Below are positions 54,409 through 62,801 of a stretch of DNA of 64,000 bases, piece after piece; position 1 is the first letter of the stretch; every line of letters begins with the position of its first letter. The notes under the pieces were generated by a model that was not told the DNA's origin, did not search any database, and saw only the letters and a list, made by a program, of their open reading frames with translations. Position numbers and translations under genes: made by a program. The stretch is from Gemmatimonadales bacterium (GTDB taxonomy: Bacteria > Gemmatimonadota > Gemmatimonadetes > Gemmatimonadales > GWC2-71-9). The stretch lies in NCBI GenBank assembly GCA_035637355.1, contig DASPXJ010000016.1:38970-102969 (forward strand), read 5' to 3'.

Positions 54409-55622
54409 CGCGCCTGCCCGCCTCCGGTCCCCACCGCGAGCTTGCGCTCGAACTCGAGCAGATAGGCGACGATGCCGTCGGCGATCGCGGTGGCGATCTT
54501 GTGTTGTCCCTGGCTCGAGGCGAGGAACGCGCCGTCGCCAGGGTTCGTGGCGAATCCGGCTTCGACGAGAATCGCGGGGCGGCGCGCCGCTGCCAGCACC
54601 AGGAACGGGCCCTGTTGGACGCCGCGGTTTTCACCGGGATGAATCCCCGCCACTTTGCCCTGCACCAACTCGGCGAGGCGCGCCGACTCGCGGAGATACT
54701 CGTTCAGCTGCAAGTCGTGCAGAATGAAGCCGAGCGACCCGCTCCCGTCGAGCCCGGGCGCCGTCTCGAATCGCAGCGCGGCGTTTTCCATCTGCGCCAC
54801 GCGCTTCTGGTCTTCGGTCTTGGCGTCGGAGACGAAATAGGTCTCCACGCCGTTCACCTGTGTCTGCCGCCGGCCGACGGGCATCGCATTGACGTGGATG
54901 CTGACGAACAGATCGCAATCGGCGCGGCAGAACAACGGCCGGTTCGCCAGGTCGATCAGCGTGTCCGTGGCGCGCGTGAGGACCACATTCAGGCCACGTC
55001 GTACCAGCTCGGCGCGCAGCAGCCTGCCGATCCCGAGCGTGATGTCCTTTTCCGTCAGACCGCGCGGAAAGTGCAATCCCGGATTGCCGGGGTCGACCCC
55101 GCCGTGCCCCGGATCGACGACGATCGTGTGCACCAGCCGCAGACCCGTGATCGGATTGGGCGCAGCGATGACGGCCGGCGGGAGGTTCGGGAGGGGCGCG
55201 GGGGACGGCGCAGTGCTGGCGATCAGCGGGAGAGACGCAACCGGCCGTTCGTCGAGCCGGGCGAGCCACGGGTCCCAGCGGTAGCGGCCCGCGAGCAGAC
55301 GCGGCACGTGATCGGTGAGCCAGTGCAGCGGCAGGAAGAGGGTATCCCGGGCGACGTACGGCGCGCCAACCAGCGGATACGCCGCCCCTTCGTAACGCAC
55401 AAAGGGCGACCCGATATCGAAGTCGAAGCTGCGATCTCCCAACGTCACGTGCGCGGACGACCCGTCCAATGACACCGTCAACCCGAGGGGCCGAGCGAGC
55501 AGGACGGCCGCGACCGCGGCCGCACCCTGTTCATTCATCACGGGAATGCTGACCTGGCCGCGCGGCGTGGCAATCAAGACTTGCTGCGGCACCAGGGCGG
55601 CGAGGAGCAGGAGAACCGTCAT
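54405..55622 (-). CDS. N-acetylmuramoyl-L-alanine amidase (Amidase_3 family) with an N-terminal targeting domain
   Basis: ...VVDPGHGGVDPG..., ...SIHVNA..., ...GVETYF..., ...VEAGFATNP.... Confidence 0.88.
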   Translation of the reverse strand: MTVLLLLAALVPQQVLIATPRGQVSIPVMNEQGAAAVAAVLLARPLGLTVSLDGSSAHVTLGDRSFDFDIGSPFVRYEGAAYPLVGAPYVARDTLFLPLHWLTDHVPRLLAGRYRWDPWLARLDERPVASLPLIASTAPSPAPLPNLPPAVIAAPNPITGLRLVHTIVVDPGHGGVDPGNPGLHFPRGLTEKDITLGIGRLLRAELVRRGLNVVLTRATDTLIDLANRPLFCRADCDLFVSIHVNAMPVGRRQTQVNGVETYFVSDAKTEDQKRVAQMENAALRFETAPGLDGSGSLGFILHDLQLNEYLRESARLAELVQGKVAGIHPGENRGVQQGPFLVLAAARRPAILVEAGFATNPGDGAFLASSQGQHKIATAIADGIVAYLLEFERKLAVGTGGGQAR

Positions 55623-56074
55623 GACCGTCTCCCCTTCACGACCCGTGCCATCTCGCGTTCAGCGACACGCCGCTTCAAGTCCTCACGCTTGTCATGCGCC
55701 TTCTTGGCCTTGGCGAGCGCGATCGCGACCTTGGCCAATCCGTCCTTGAAGTAGACTTCGAGCGGCACGACGGTCAGACCCTTCTGCGTCGTCGCGCCCA
55801 GCAGCTTGCGGATTTCGCGCTTATGAAGGAGGAGCTTTCGGGAACGGGCCGGCGGCGGATTGTTGTAGCTGCCCGGCCCGTAGTGTGAGATCGTCATGCC
55901 TTCGAGCCAGACTTCGCCGTTGCGCACGTGGGCGTACGCTTCACTCAAGCTCGCTTTGCGATCACGCAGCGACTTGACCTCGGTGCCACTCAGCACGAGA
56001 CCCGCCTCCCACGTTTCCAGGAGATGGTAGTCGTGCCGGGCTTTGGGGTTCCTGGCGATGGAGATTTTTTCCAC
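55619..56074 (-). CDS. smpB: SsrA-binding protein
   Basis: ...IARNPKARHDYHLLETWEAGLVLSGTEVKSLR...LLLHKREI.... Confidence 0.96.
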   Translation of the reverse strand: MEKISIARNPKARHDYHLLETWEAGLVLSGTEVKSLRDRKASLSEAYAHVRNGEVWLEGMTISHYGPGSYNNPPPARSRKLLLHKREIRKLLGATTQKGLTVVPLEVYFKDGLAKVAIALAKAKKAHDKREDLKRRVAEREMARVVKGRRS

Positions 56075-56096
56075 GCTATCGCAGGCAAGATACGCA

Positions 56097-56126
56097 TTGA
56101 CTTGGGGTTATACAACGATCTAGATT
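56097..56126 (+). promoter_or_regulatory. Candidate promoter for tRNA-Leu
   Basis: TTGACT (56097-56102), an 18-nt spacer, then TAGATT (56121-56126), ~20 nt before the mature 5' end of the tRNA. Confidence 0.4.
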
Positions 56127-56145
56127 GCCGTTCCTAAAAAATCGC

Positions 56146-56229
56146 GCCGAAGTGGTGGAACTGGTAGACGCGCTGGCTTCAGGAGCCAGTGGGCGCAAGC
56201 CCGTGGGGGTTCGAGTCCCCCCTTCGGCA
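56146..56229 (+). tRNA. tRNA-Leu (anticodon CAG), class II with a long variable arm; CCA is not encoded
   Basis: Hand-folded. Acceptor GCCGAAG/CTTCGGC. Anticodon stem CTGGC/GCCAG with loop TTCAGGA. Variable arm TGGGCGCAAGCCCGT. T arm GGGGG-TTCGAGT-CCCCC. It is close to E. coli tRNA-Leu(CAG). Confidence 0.93.
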
Positions 56230-56230
56230 C

Positions 56231-57373
56231 TCAGTATCTCGGGACCTCTTCATCCACCTCGCGTGACCATGCGTCGATGCCCCCCGCCAGGCTCCGCACG
56301 TTCGCGAATCCTGCTCCTTTGAGAATCTCGCGCGCCTGGAGCGAGCGTTGGCCGTGATGGCAATGCGTTACGATCTCCGCGTGTCCCGGCAGCTCGGCTA
56401 GCCGGCGCGGCAGCTCGCGCAGCGGAATCAGCCGGGCACCTTCGATGTGGGCGATCTGCGCCTCGCGCGGTTCGCGGACGTCGAGCAGCACGAGGTCCGG
56501 CTTGGAGCCGCGCTCGCGTTGCAGCTCTCGGGCACTGATCTCCGCCCCATCCCCCTTCCCTCTTCCCTCTTCCCCCATTCCGCAGAATGCTGCGTAATCG
56601 ATGAGTGACGTGACGGTCGGATGAATGCCGCAGACCGGGCACTCGGGATCCTTTTCGAGCGCCAGCTCTCGGAACTGCATCCGTCGGCCATCGAACAACA
56701 GCAGGCGGTCGATCAACGGCTCGCCAAACCCCACGATCAGCTTGATCGCTTCGAGGGCCTGCAGCGATCCGATGATTCCGGGCAGCACGCCGAGCACTCC
56801 ACCCTCCGCGCACGACGGCACGAGATCGGGCGGGGGCGGCTCGGCGTAGAGACAGCGATAGCACGGCCCCTGTTTCGCGTAAAACACCGAGACCTGCCCA
56901 TCGAACCGGAACACCGACCCGTACACATCGGGCTTGCCCAGCAGCACGCAGGCGTCGTTGACGAGGTAGCGGCTGGGGAAGTTGTCGGAACCGTCGACGA
57001 CGATGTCGAAGTCGCGAAGGATGGTGAGGGCGTTGGCCGACGTCAGACGCTCCGCGAACGTCGCAACTTGCACATGGGGGTTGATGTCGCGCAGGCGCGC
57101 CCGCGCCGATTCCGTTTTCGCGCTGCCAATACCGGACGTGCCGTGGAGGATTTGGCGCTGCAGGTTGCTGAGATCGACGAGATCGAAGTCCACCAGTCCC
57201 AGCGTTCCCACGCCGGCGGCGGCGAGATACAACGCCGCCGGCGATCCCAGCCCGCCCGCGCCGATAAGCAGGACGCGCGCGTCGCGCAGCTTCGCTTGGC
57301 CTTCGAGACCTACATCGGGAAGCGTGAGGTGCCGGGAGTACCGCAGCAGTTCCTCATGCGACAGCGTCGTCAA
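56231..57373 (-). CDS. moeB: ThiF/MoeB-family adenylyltransferase fused to a C-terminal rhodanese domain (MoeZ type)
   Basis: ...RYSRHLTLPDVGLEGQAKL...LLIGAGGLGSP..., two CxxC pairs (...CYRC..., ...CPVC...), and rhodanese ...THCHHGQRS.... TTG 57373 overlaps the Rrf2 TGA. Confidence 0.85.
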   Translation of the reverse strand: MTTLSHEELLRYSRHLTLPDVGLEGQAKLRDARVLLIGAGGLGSPAALYLAAAGVGTLGLVDFDLVDLSNLQRQILHGTSGIGSAKTESARARLRDINPHVQVATFAERLTSANALTILRDFDIVVDGSDNFPSRYLVNDACVLLGKPDVYGSVFRFDGQVSVFYAKQGPCYRCLYAEPPPPDLVPSCAEGGVLGVLPGIIGSLQALEAIKLIVGFGEPLIDRLLLFDGRRMQFRELALEKDPECPVCGIHPTVTSLIDYAAFCGMGEEGRGKGDGAEISARELQRERGSKPDLVLLDVREPREAQIAHIEGARLIPLRELPRRLAELPGHAEIVTHCHHGQRSLQAREILKGAGFANVRSLAGGIDAWSREVDEEVPRY

Positions 57374-57822
57374 TGGACTGACGCTACCCCGGCGATCTGA
57401 TAAACCTGTGGCTCGGCATGCTGGAGGTCGGCCAGGCTGACGCTGGCGAGGACTTCGTTGATGCGCCGCTCGAGCATGCGCCAGACGGGACGAATGCTGC
57501 AGGCGGTCGCCGGATCGCAGCGCTCATCGTCCACACGGTGGAGGTCGCAGTTCACCTCGAAGGTCACATGCTCCGACGCTTCGATGACATCCTTCACGCT
57601 GACGTCCTGGGCGGGGCGCGCCAGCAGGTACCCGCCGCGGGCGCCACGCACCGATTCGACCAAACCGGCGCGCCGCAGGCGCAGCAGGATCTGTTCGACG
57701 TAATCGTGCGGGAGGCGTTCCTGCTCGGACAGCTCGCGGGCTGCGACGGGGCCCTGCCCCGACCGCCGCGCGAGATGAATTGAAACGATGAGGCCGTATT
57801 CCGCCCAGGTGGTAACGCGCAT
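57370..57822 (-). CDS. Rrf2-family (IscR-like) transcriptional regulator
   Basis: MRVTTWAEYGLIVSIHLAR...LLRLRRAGLVESVRGARGGYLLAR... winged helix. Confidence 0.88.
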   Translation of the reverse strand: MRVTTWAEYGLIVSIHLARRSGQGPVAARELSEQERLPHDYVEQILLRLRRAGLVESVRGARGGYLLARPAQDVSVKDVIEASEHVTFEVNCDLHRVDDERCDPATACSIRPVWRMLERRINEVLASVSLADLQHAEPQVYQIAGVASVH

Positions 57823-57887
57823 GGCCGGAATATGCGAGAGGCGTTATCGGGATTCAAGCTTCCGACTTACGCTGGTCGTGGGTCAGA

Positions 57888-58020
57888 AGGTCGAATTACG
57901 CGCACGCCGTGGCCGTCCACTTCATGGTCTACAACTTCTGCCGGCCTCACGGCACTCTGACCAAGATCGCGAAGCGGGATCCACACAACCCGGCTAAGCC
58001 CGCGGGGAAAGTCGGGGTTA
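57888..58020 (+). pseudogene. Decayed C-terminal fragment of a DDE transposase
   Basis: Plus-strand translation gives ...RRSNYAHAVAVHFMVYNFCRPHGTLTKIAKRDPHNPAKPAG.... This matches the conserved transposase tail pattern ...ENHaxAValhfmyYNFcRxHxTLrvTPAMAAG.... No start codon and no upstream catalytic region are present. Confidence 0.5.
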
Positions 58021-58025
58021 CTTAC

Positions 58026-59303
58026 CTACAGAAAGCACTGGTATTGCCAGACCTGCCGATAGGTGGGTAATCCGTTCCCATCCAACGGCGTAAATAAGTC
58101 TCTCACAGGGGTGCCGTGGTAGTACTGCGCGTCGGGCTCGGTTACTGACGATGGTTTATCCAAATTGCTCGACAGCATGTGACTTTGGTTAAAGGGGAGC
58201 GCGACGTCGTCGACATCGACGGGCAAACCGAACGCGGCCATACCCAACGCTGACCATTCCCGCTGGGCCAACGTCCACGGGAGCATGCCGTCGCGCTGAT
58301 GCGAAAAACCGAAATAGCTCGCCGCCGGCGTGAGGTTGCCCGGAGCGAGCACCCACGAAGCGAGCTGCCCGACCACTACGTAATTCACATCGCCCGGGGA
58401 CGCAAAGAAGCACACGTGATCGACCCGTTGCTTCTGTTTCGCGATGTAGCCCGCCATGCCGCCACCCTGCGAGTGACCGGAGAGGCGCACCCGGTCCCAT
58501 AGAATGGTGCCGCTGTCGTCCAGGAATTGGCCCCAGCCGTCCTGCGGATGCTGTTGCGCCAGATAGACCAGCGCTTTGGTGAGACGATTTTGAATTCCGT
58601 TGGGAGGATCCACAATGATCAGCGGCGATATGTCTTGCCCGCTGAATCGTTCCTCACGGACCCTCCCCGCACAGTCGGGATCGGTCGAGCCTGGGCTTGT
58701 ACTACACAGGTCAACTACCGAGATGGCGTTCTCATAGGCCAAGCCGATAGCGTGAAAACCGTTGTTGGCTGCGGCCTGAACGATGAGCCGGTAAACCGAC
58801 GGTACTCCGCCTGTGCCGGGCATGAACACAAACAGTCTTCCCTTCGGCGTCACGGCGGTATTGATGGATGCGTAGTGAAATCCCTGGGGTAAGTCGATAG
58901 CGCTATCGGTTACGGCCGGATCCACGGCGTACTCGGTGGGCACGGGAATCGCCGTGTCCGAGAACACGTGCAGCGTGGCCGGGGTGGTCGTGACAGAGGA
59001 GGTTCCGGCGGAAATACGAACCGCGAACTGTGAGTTGTCGGCACTCGTATCTGCGGCCGGCGTCACGTAGGCGGATGACGTCGCACCCGGGATATCGGTC
59101 TCGTTCTTCTGCCACTGATACGAAAGCATTGACGAACTGTTCGCAGTAACGCTGAACGTGGCGGTTTGCCCGGCGACCACTGTCTGGTCGGCGGGAGCGG
59201 CGGTCACTGAAATGGCAGGGTTTACCGGCGGCTCCGTGCCGGCGTCGCAGGCGCTGAGCAGCCAGGTGCCGATCAAGAGGCCGGCGCGAAAGCGTGACGG
59301 CAT
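58026..59303 (-). CDS. Lipoprotein with an N-terminal Ig-like domain and a C-terminal alpha/beta-hydrolase-like domain; substrate unknown
   Basis: ...GTWLLSAC lipobox. Ig-like ...PADQTVVAGQTATFSVTA...YQWQKN...ATLHV. Nucleophile elbow ...LSGHSQGG.... G+C is visibly lower than in the neighbours. ATG 59303 is preceded by AAGGA. Confidence 0.75.
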   Translation of the reverse strand: MPSRFRAGLLIGTWLLSACDAGTEPPVNPAISVTAAPADQTVVAGQTATFSVTANSSSMLSYQWQKNETDIPGATSSAYVTPAADTSADNSQFAVRISAGTSSVTTTPATLHVFSDTAIPVPTEYAVDPAVTDSAIDLPQGFHYASINTAVTPKGRLFVFMPGTGGVPSVYRLIVQAAANNGFHAIGLAYENAISVVDLCSTSPGSTDPDCAGRVREERFSGQDISPLIIVDPPNGIQNRLTKALVYLAQQHPQDGWGQFLDDSGTILWDRVRLSGHSQGGGMAGYIAKQKQRVDHVCFFASPGDVNYVVVGQLASWVLAPGNLTPAASYFGFSHQRDGMLPWTLAQREWSALGMAAFGLPVDVDDVALPFNQSHMLSSNLDKPSSVTEPDAQYYHGTPVRDLFTPLDGNGLPTYRQVWQYQCFL

Positions 59304-59714
59304 ATCAAGAGTCCTTTGTATCCGCGTGATCTGCGTGGGGGCGACCGGTGGCCGCCAAGGCCAGCCCTGACCCACAGGAGACGTCGCGGGGCCGTTCGCG
59401 TTAGGTTGTGACGGCGGTCACGACCGTGGGGGGGGCCGTTCCGTGTCGCTCGATCTACGCGTCCGCTCGCTCGCCACGCTCGGCGCTACGTCCGCGACAT
59501 TGCACGAGCACGAAGAAGTCACGCATCACCGTCAGCCCCATGACGCGTGCAGCCGGTCGCGTTTGCATCCAACGTTGCGCCGGTTTCCAGACCGCCGATC
59601 AGAAGTCCTTGCACCTGCAACCCCGCTAGGCTCGCATCCGTCAGCCATTGTGTCGTCGTGTACCCAGGTTCAGTCGCAAAGCCGCGTCGCGCCCGCGAGT
59701 GCGGTGACTCTTGA

Positions 59715-60128
59715 TCACTTCACGAGCAAACCCACCACCAGCCCGGCCGCGTTCATGCGGATCAGCCACGCCCAGCAGGTCGCCATCTGCAGCGGCTTCG
59801 CCTTGACGTACCACACGCTGCTGCCGAGCGTCGCGAGACAAATCGTCGGCAACCACAGCACGGTGGCGAACTCCATACCGGCGAGCGGGCCGCCACCGCT
59901 GACCCACAACGCGCCGCGGAAACGGCCGTAGAACCACGCGAACAGCAGCCCGAACACGAGCGACAGCACCGCCGACTTCACCAACGCCGGGCCCATGAAC
60001 CGCTTCATCTCCTCCGGCGTCATCGTGACCATGAATGCGTCCATGCCCTTCGTGAACACCTTGCTCCACACGACCCAGTCCACGAGGTACGCCACGACGC
60101 CTGCGATCAATCCGGCGATCCAGTTCAT
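59715..60128 (-). CDS. Small integral membrane protein (DUF1761-like)
   Basis: MNWIAGLIAGVVAYLVDWVVWSKVF... with four hydrophobic segments. GGAGA lies upstream of ATG 60128. Confidence 0.7.
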   Translation of the reverse strand: MNWIAGLIAGVVAYLVDWVVWSKVFTKGMDAFMVTMTPEEMKRFMGPALVKSAVLSLVFGLLFAWFYGRFRGALWVSGGGPLAGMEFATVLWLPTICLATLGSSVWYVKAKPLQMATCWAWLIRMNAAGLVVGLLVK

Positions 60129-60150
60129 GCGCGCGTCTCCGTTGTGAGAG

Positions 60151-61563
60151 TCACTGCTTCTTCCGCTCCCCCGGCACGCCCAGCTCCGTCATCGCCCGCA
60201 AATCGAGGACCTCGTCGAGCTCCTTCCCTTTCAACAGTCCCTTCTCGATCACCAGCTGGCGTACGGTGACATTCTTCGCCACGGCCTCCTTCGCCAACTT
60301 CGCGGCTTCGGCGTAGCCGATCTTGGGGGCGAGCGCCGTGACGAGCGCCGGGCTGCGCTCCAGCCAGTGCGCGCTCTGCGCGGCGTTGGCTGCGATGCCC
60401 TCGACGCAGCGCTCCGCCAGCACGCGCGTGGCGTTGCTGAGGATCATCATCGACATCAGGATGTTGTGGGCGATGACGGGCATCATGACGTTCAATTCGA
60501 GCTGCCCCGCCTCCGCGGCCGTGGTGACGGTGACATCGTTGCCGATCACCTGGAAGCAGACCTGATTCACCATCTCGGGAATGGAAGGATTCACTTTCCC
60601 CGGCATGATGCTCGACCCGGGTTGCACCGCAGGAAGCAGAATCTCGGCGAAGCCGGTGCGTGGCCCCGACGCGAGCAGGCGCAAATCGCCGGCGATTTTG
60701 CCGAGATCGGCGGCGTACGTCCGCAAGGCGCCCGAAAAGGCCGCGGCATCGCCCAGCGACTGCATCAATTGCACGCGGTCCTTGCCTTCGCGCAGCTCGA
60801 GGCCGGTCATCGCGCGGAGATGCGTGACCATGAGCGCCGGGTACTGCGGCTCCGCATTGAGCCCCGTACCCACGGCCGTACCGCCGATGCCGAGATCGCG
60901 CAGATCGTCGGCGGCGCGCGTGATCCGGTCGCGGTTGCGCTCGACGGTGTGCCCGAACGCGGTGAATTCCTGGCCGAGGCGGATCGGCGTCGCGTCCTGC
61001 AGGTGCGTCCGTCCTGATTTCACGATATTGTCAAACGCCTCGCCCTTCGCGAGGCATGCGCGCGCCAGCCGTGTGAGCGACTCCGTGAGCGCCGCCAGCT
61101 GCGACAGCGCACCGAGCCGGATGGCGGTGGGAATCACGTCGTTGGTCGACTGCGCCATGTTGACGTGATCGTTCGGATGCACCGGCTTGTAGTCGCCCCG
61201 CTTGCCGCCGAGCAGCTCATTGGCGCGGTTGGCGAGCACCTCGTTGCCGTTCATGTTGTGCGACGTGCCCGCGCCGGCCTGATAGGGGTCGACGACGAAC
61301 TGGTCGCGGTGGCCGCCGGCCAGCACCTCGTCGGCCGCCGCGATGATCGCGTCGGCGAGCTTGCGGTCGAGACGTCCGGTTTCGCGATGGGTGAGCGCGG
61401 CGGCTTTCTTGATGAGGATGACGGCGTCGACGAAGGCGGGGAGAGGTCGCAGATTGGAGATGGGGAAGTTTTGCCGCGCCCGTTCGGTCTGGATGCCCCA
61501 CAGCGCTTCAGTGGGGACCGGCAGCTCCCCGAGGGGATCACGTTCGATACGCGTTTGACCCAC
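60151..61563 (-). CDS. aspA: Aspartate ammonia-lyase (class II fumarase/aspartase family)
   Basis: ...QAGAGTSHNMNGNEV..., ...GSSIMPGKVNPSIPEMVNQVCFQVIGND... are aspartase-like. GTG 61563 is preceded by GGAGGGG. The ORF-track ATG 61614 would overlap the cupin ATG. Confidence 0.85.
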   Translation of the reverse strand: MGQTRIERDPLGELPVPTEALWGIQTERARQNFPISNLRPLPAFVDAVILIKKAAALTHRETGRLDRKLADAIIAAADEVLAGGHRDQFVVDPYQAGAGTSHNMNGNEVLANRANELLGGKRGDYKPVHPNDHVNMAQSTNDVIPTAIRLGALSQLAALTESLTRLARACLAKGEAFDNIVKSGRTHLQDATPIRLGQEFTAFGHTVERNRDRITRAADDLRDLGIGGTAVGTGLNAEPQYPALMVTHLRAMTGLELREGKDRVQLMQSLGDAAAFSGALRTYAADLGKIAGDLRLLASGPRTGFAEILLPAVQPGSSIMPGKVNPSIPEMVNQVCFQVIGNDVTVTTAAEAGQLELNVMMPVIAHNILMSMMILSNATRVLAERCVEGIAANAAQSAHWLERSPALVTALAPKIGYAEAAKLAKEAVAKNVTVRQLVIEKGLLKGKELDEVLDLRAMTELGVPGERKKQ

Positions 61564-61612
61564 CGCCCCTCCGTCGATTCGACCGCCGTCCGTCTGGAGC
61601 CAGGAATCGCCC

Positions 61613-61963
61613 ATGGAATCCCGTGAATTGATTCAGCATCTGCCGGACCGCGCCACGTTTCGACCCGATGCCATGACAAAGGTCGACTGTTTCCGATCGC
61701 ATCGGCTCATCGTCGGGCTCAACTGCCTCGAGCCGGGTCAGGCGCAGGACGCTCACACCCACGCCGGCGCCGACAAATTCTATGTAGTGCTACGCGGAAA
61801 GGCCACTTTCCTCATCGGCGAGCGCGAGGTTCGCGCCGGCCCGGGCGATTTCATTGCGGCGCCCGCGGGCATTCCGCACGGCATCGCGCGCGCCGAGGAG
61901 CGCACCATCGTGTTGATGGCGATGGCTCCCGCTCCTAGCGGCGGCGAAACCAGCCGACGGTAA
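61613..61963 (+). CDS. Cupin-domain protein
   Basis: ...DAHTHAGADKFYVVLRGKATF...AAPAGIPHGI... cupin motifs. AGGA lies 7 nt upstream of the ATG. The 3' end overlaps the convergent membrane-protein gene by 29 nt. Confidence 0.75.
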   Translation: MESRELIQHLPDRATFRPDAMTKVDCFRSHRLIVGLNCLEPGQAQDAHTHAGADKFYVVLRGKATFLIGEREVRAGPGDFIAAPAGIPHGIARAEERTIVLMAMAPAPSGGETSRR

Positions 61964-62801
61964 ACAGCTCCTTGGCGGCAGCCGCGCCATGCGTGCGCAC
62001 CAGCAGGTACATGCCGAGCACGGTCAGCAGGATCGTCGTGTAGAACCGCCAGAGCAGCAGCATCGTCACCTGATGCCCGGGCCCGAAGTCTCCCGCGAAG
62101 CCCGACAGGAAAGCCACCTCGATGCCGCCCCCACCGGACGGCAGCGGCACCACCAGCGGCGCGTGCAACAGCGCCAACGATCCGAAGAACATGACGCTAA
62201 ACGACGGCGCCACGGGATGCCCCCAGACCAGCGCCGGCAGAATCAACGCACGCGCCGCCAGGCTGACGACGGTCAGCAACGCGCCTCCAAACAACACCCA
62301 CCACGGTGCCCGGCGCACGTGCGCCAGCGCGACACGCCATTGCCGCCGCACGCGATGCCGGATCGCGCCAGGCCGCACCAACCGCTGCAGCGTCCAGATA
62401 ACGAGCAGCGCGACGAGGGCGATCAGCTCGAACCCGAGCAGATCGCGCGCCAGGCTGTGCGTCAGGAAGCGATCCGCCGCCTGACTCCAGTCGGGGACGT
62501 AGTACGCGACCAGCGCGACCGCCACGACGCCGAACACGGGCCATTCGGCGGCGACCTCAACCCCCAACGCCACCAGCGCCGTGACGACGCGCAACCCGGA
62601 CCACGTCATGCCGAGGAACCGCGCCGGCTCCCCGCCGAGGCGGTTCGGGGTGAACGTCGAGGCCGCTTCGCCGTAGAGGTTCAAGCGCAGCGCATCGAGG
62701 AACGTCAGGCGCCCGCCCGCGGCCGAGCTGGCGAGCTGAATGCGCCCCGCGCGGGCCGCGCAGTCGATCGCGAGCAGCACGATGGCGAGGAAGTGGTTCA
62801 A
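61935..62801 (-). CDS. Flippase-like integral membrane protein (lysylphosphatidylglycerol-synthase TM-region / UPF0104-like)
   Basis: Multiple TM segments, with ...LYGEAASTFTPNRLGGEPARF... typical of this family. TTG 62801 overlaps the upstream TGA. Confidence 0.65.
   Translation of the reverse strand: MNHFLAIVLLAIDCAARAGRIQLASSAAGGRLTFLDALRLNLYGEAASTFTPNRLGGEPARFLGMTWSGLRVVTALVALGVEVAAEWPVFGVVAVALVAYYVPDWSQAADRFLTHSLARDLLGFELIALVALLVIWTLQRLVRPGAIRHRVRRQWRVALAHVRRAPWWVLFGGALLTVVSLAARALILPALVWGHPVAPSFSVMFFGSLALLHAPLVVPLPSGGGGIEVAFLSGFAGDFGPGHQVTMLLLWRFYTTILLTVLGMYLLVRTHGAAAAKELFTVGWFRRR

Noticed and set aside
56075-56145. Looked for tmRNA (ssrA) next to smpB.
   Set aside because: The gap is only 71 nt and is followed by a canonical tRNA-Leu. 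No tRNA-Ala-like acceptor, tag reading frame or long structured RNA is present here.
56146-57822. tRNA-Leu as the integration site of a genomic island covering moeZ/Rrf2 and beyond.
   Set aside because: I found no direct repeat of the tRNA 3' end downstream. moeZ and Rrf2 have the native high-GC composition and NTGA coupling. Only the 57.8-59.7 kb segment looks foreign.
59443-60069. ORFs 59443..59931 (+), 59408..59629 (+) and 59641..60069 (-).
   Set aside because: Their composition is Arg/Ser/His-rich. Two of them overlap the well-formed DUF1761 membrane-protein gene in other frames or on the other strand, and none has a motif.
61612-61615. Overlapping divergent start codons (CATG) of aspA and the cupin gene.
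   Set aside because: aspA more plausibly starts at GTG 61563, which is preceded by GGAGGGG and gives the family-typical N-terminus (..TRIERDPLGE). The ATG at 61614 is probably just in-frame upstream sequence.
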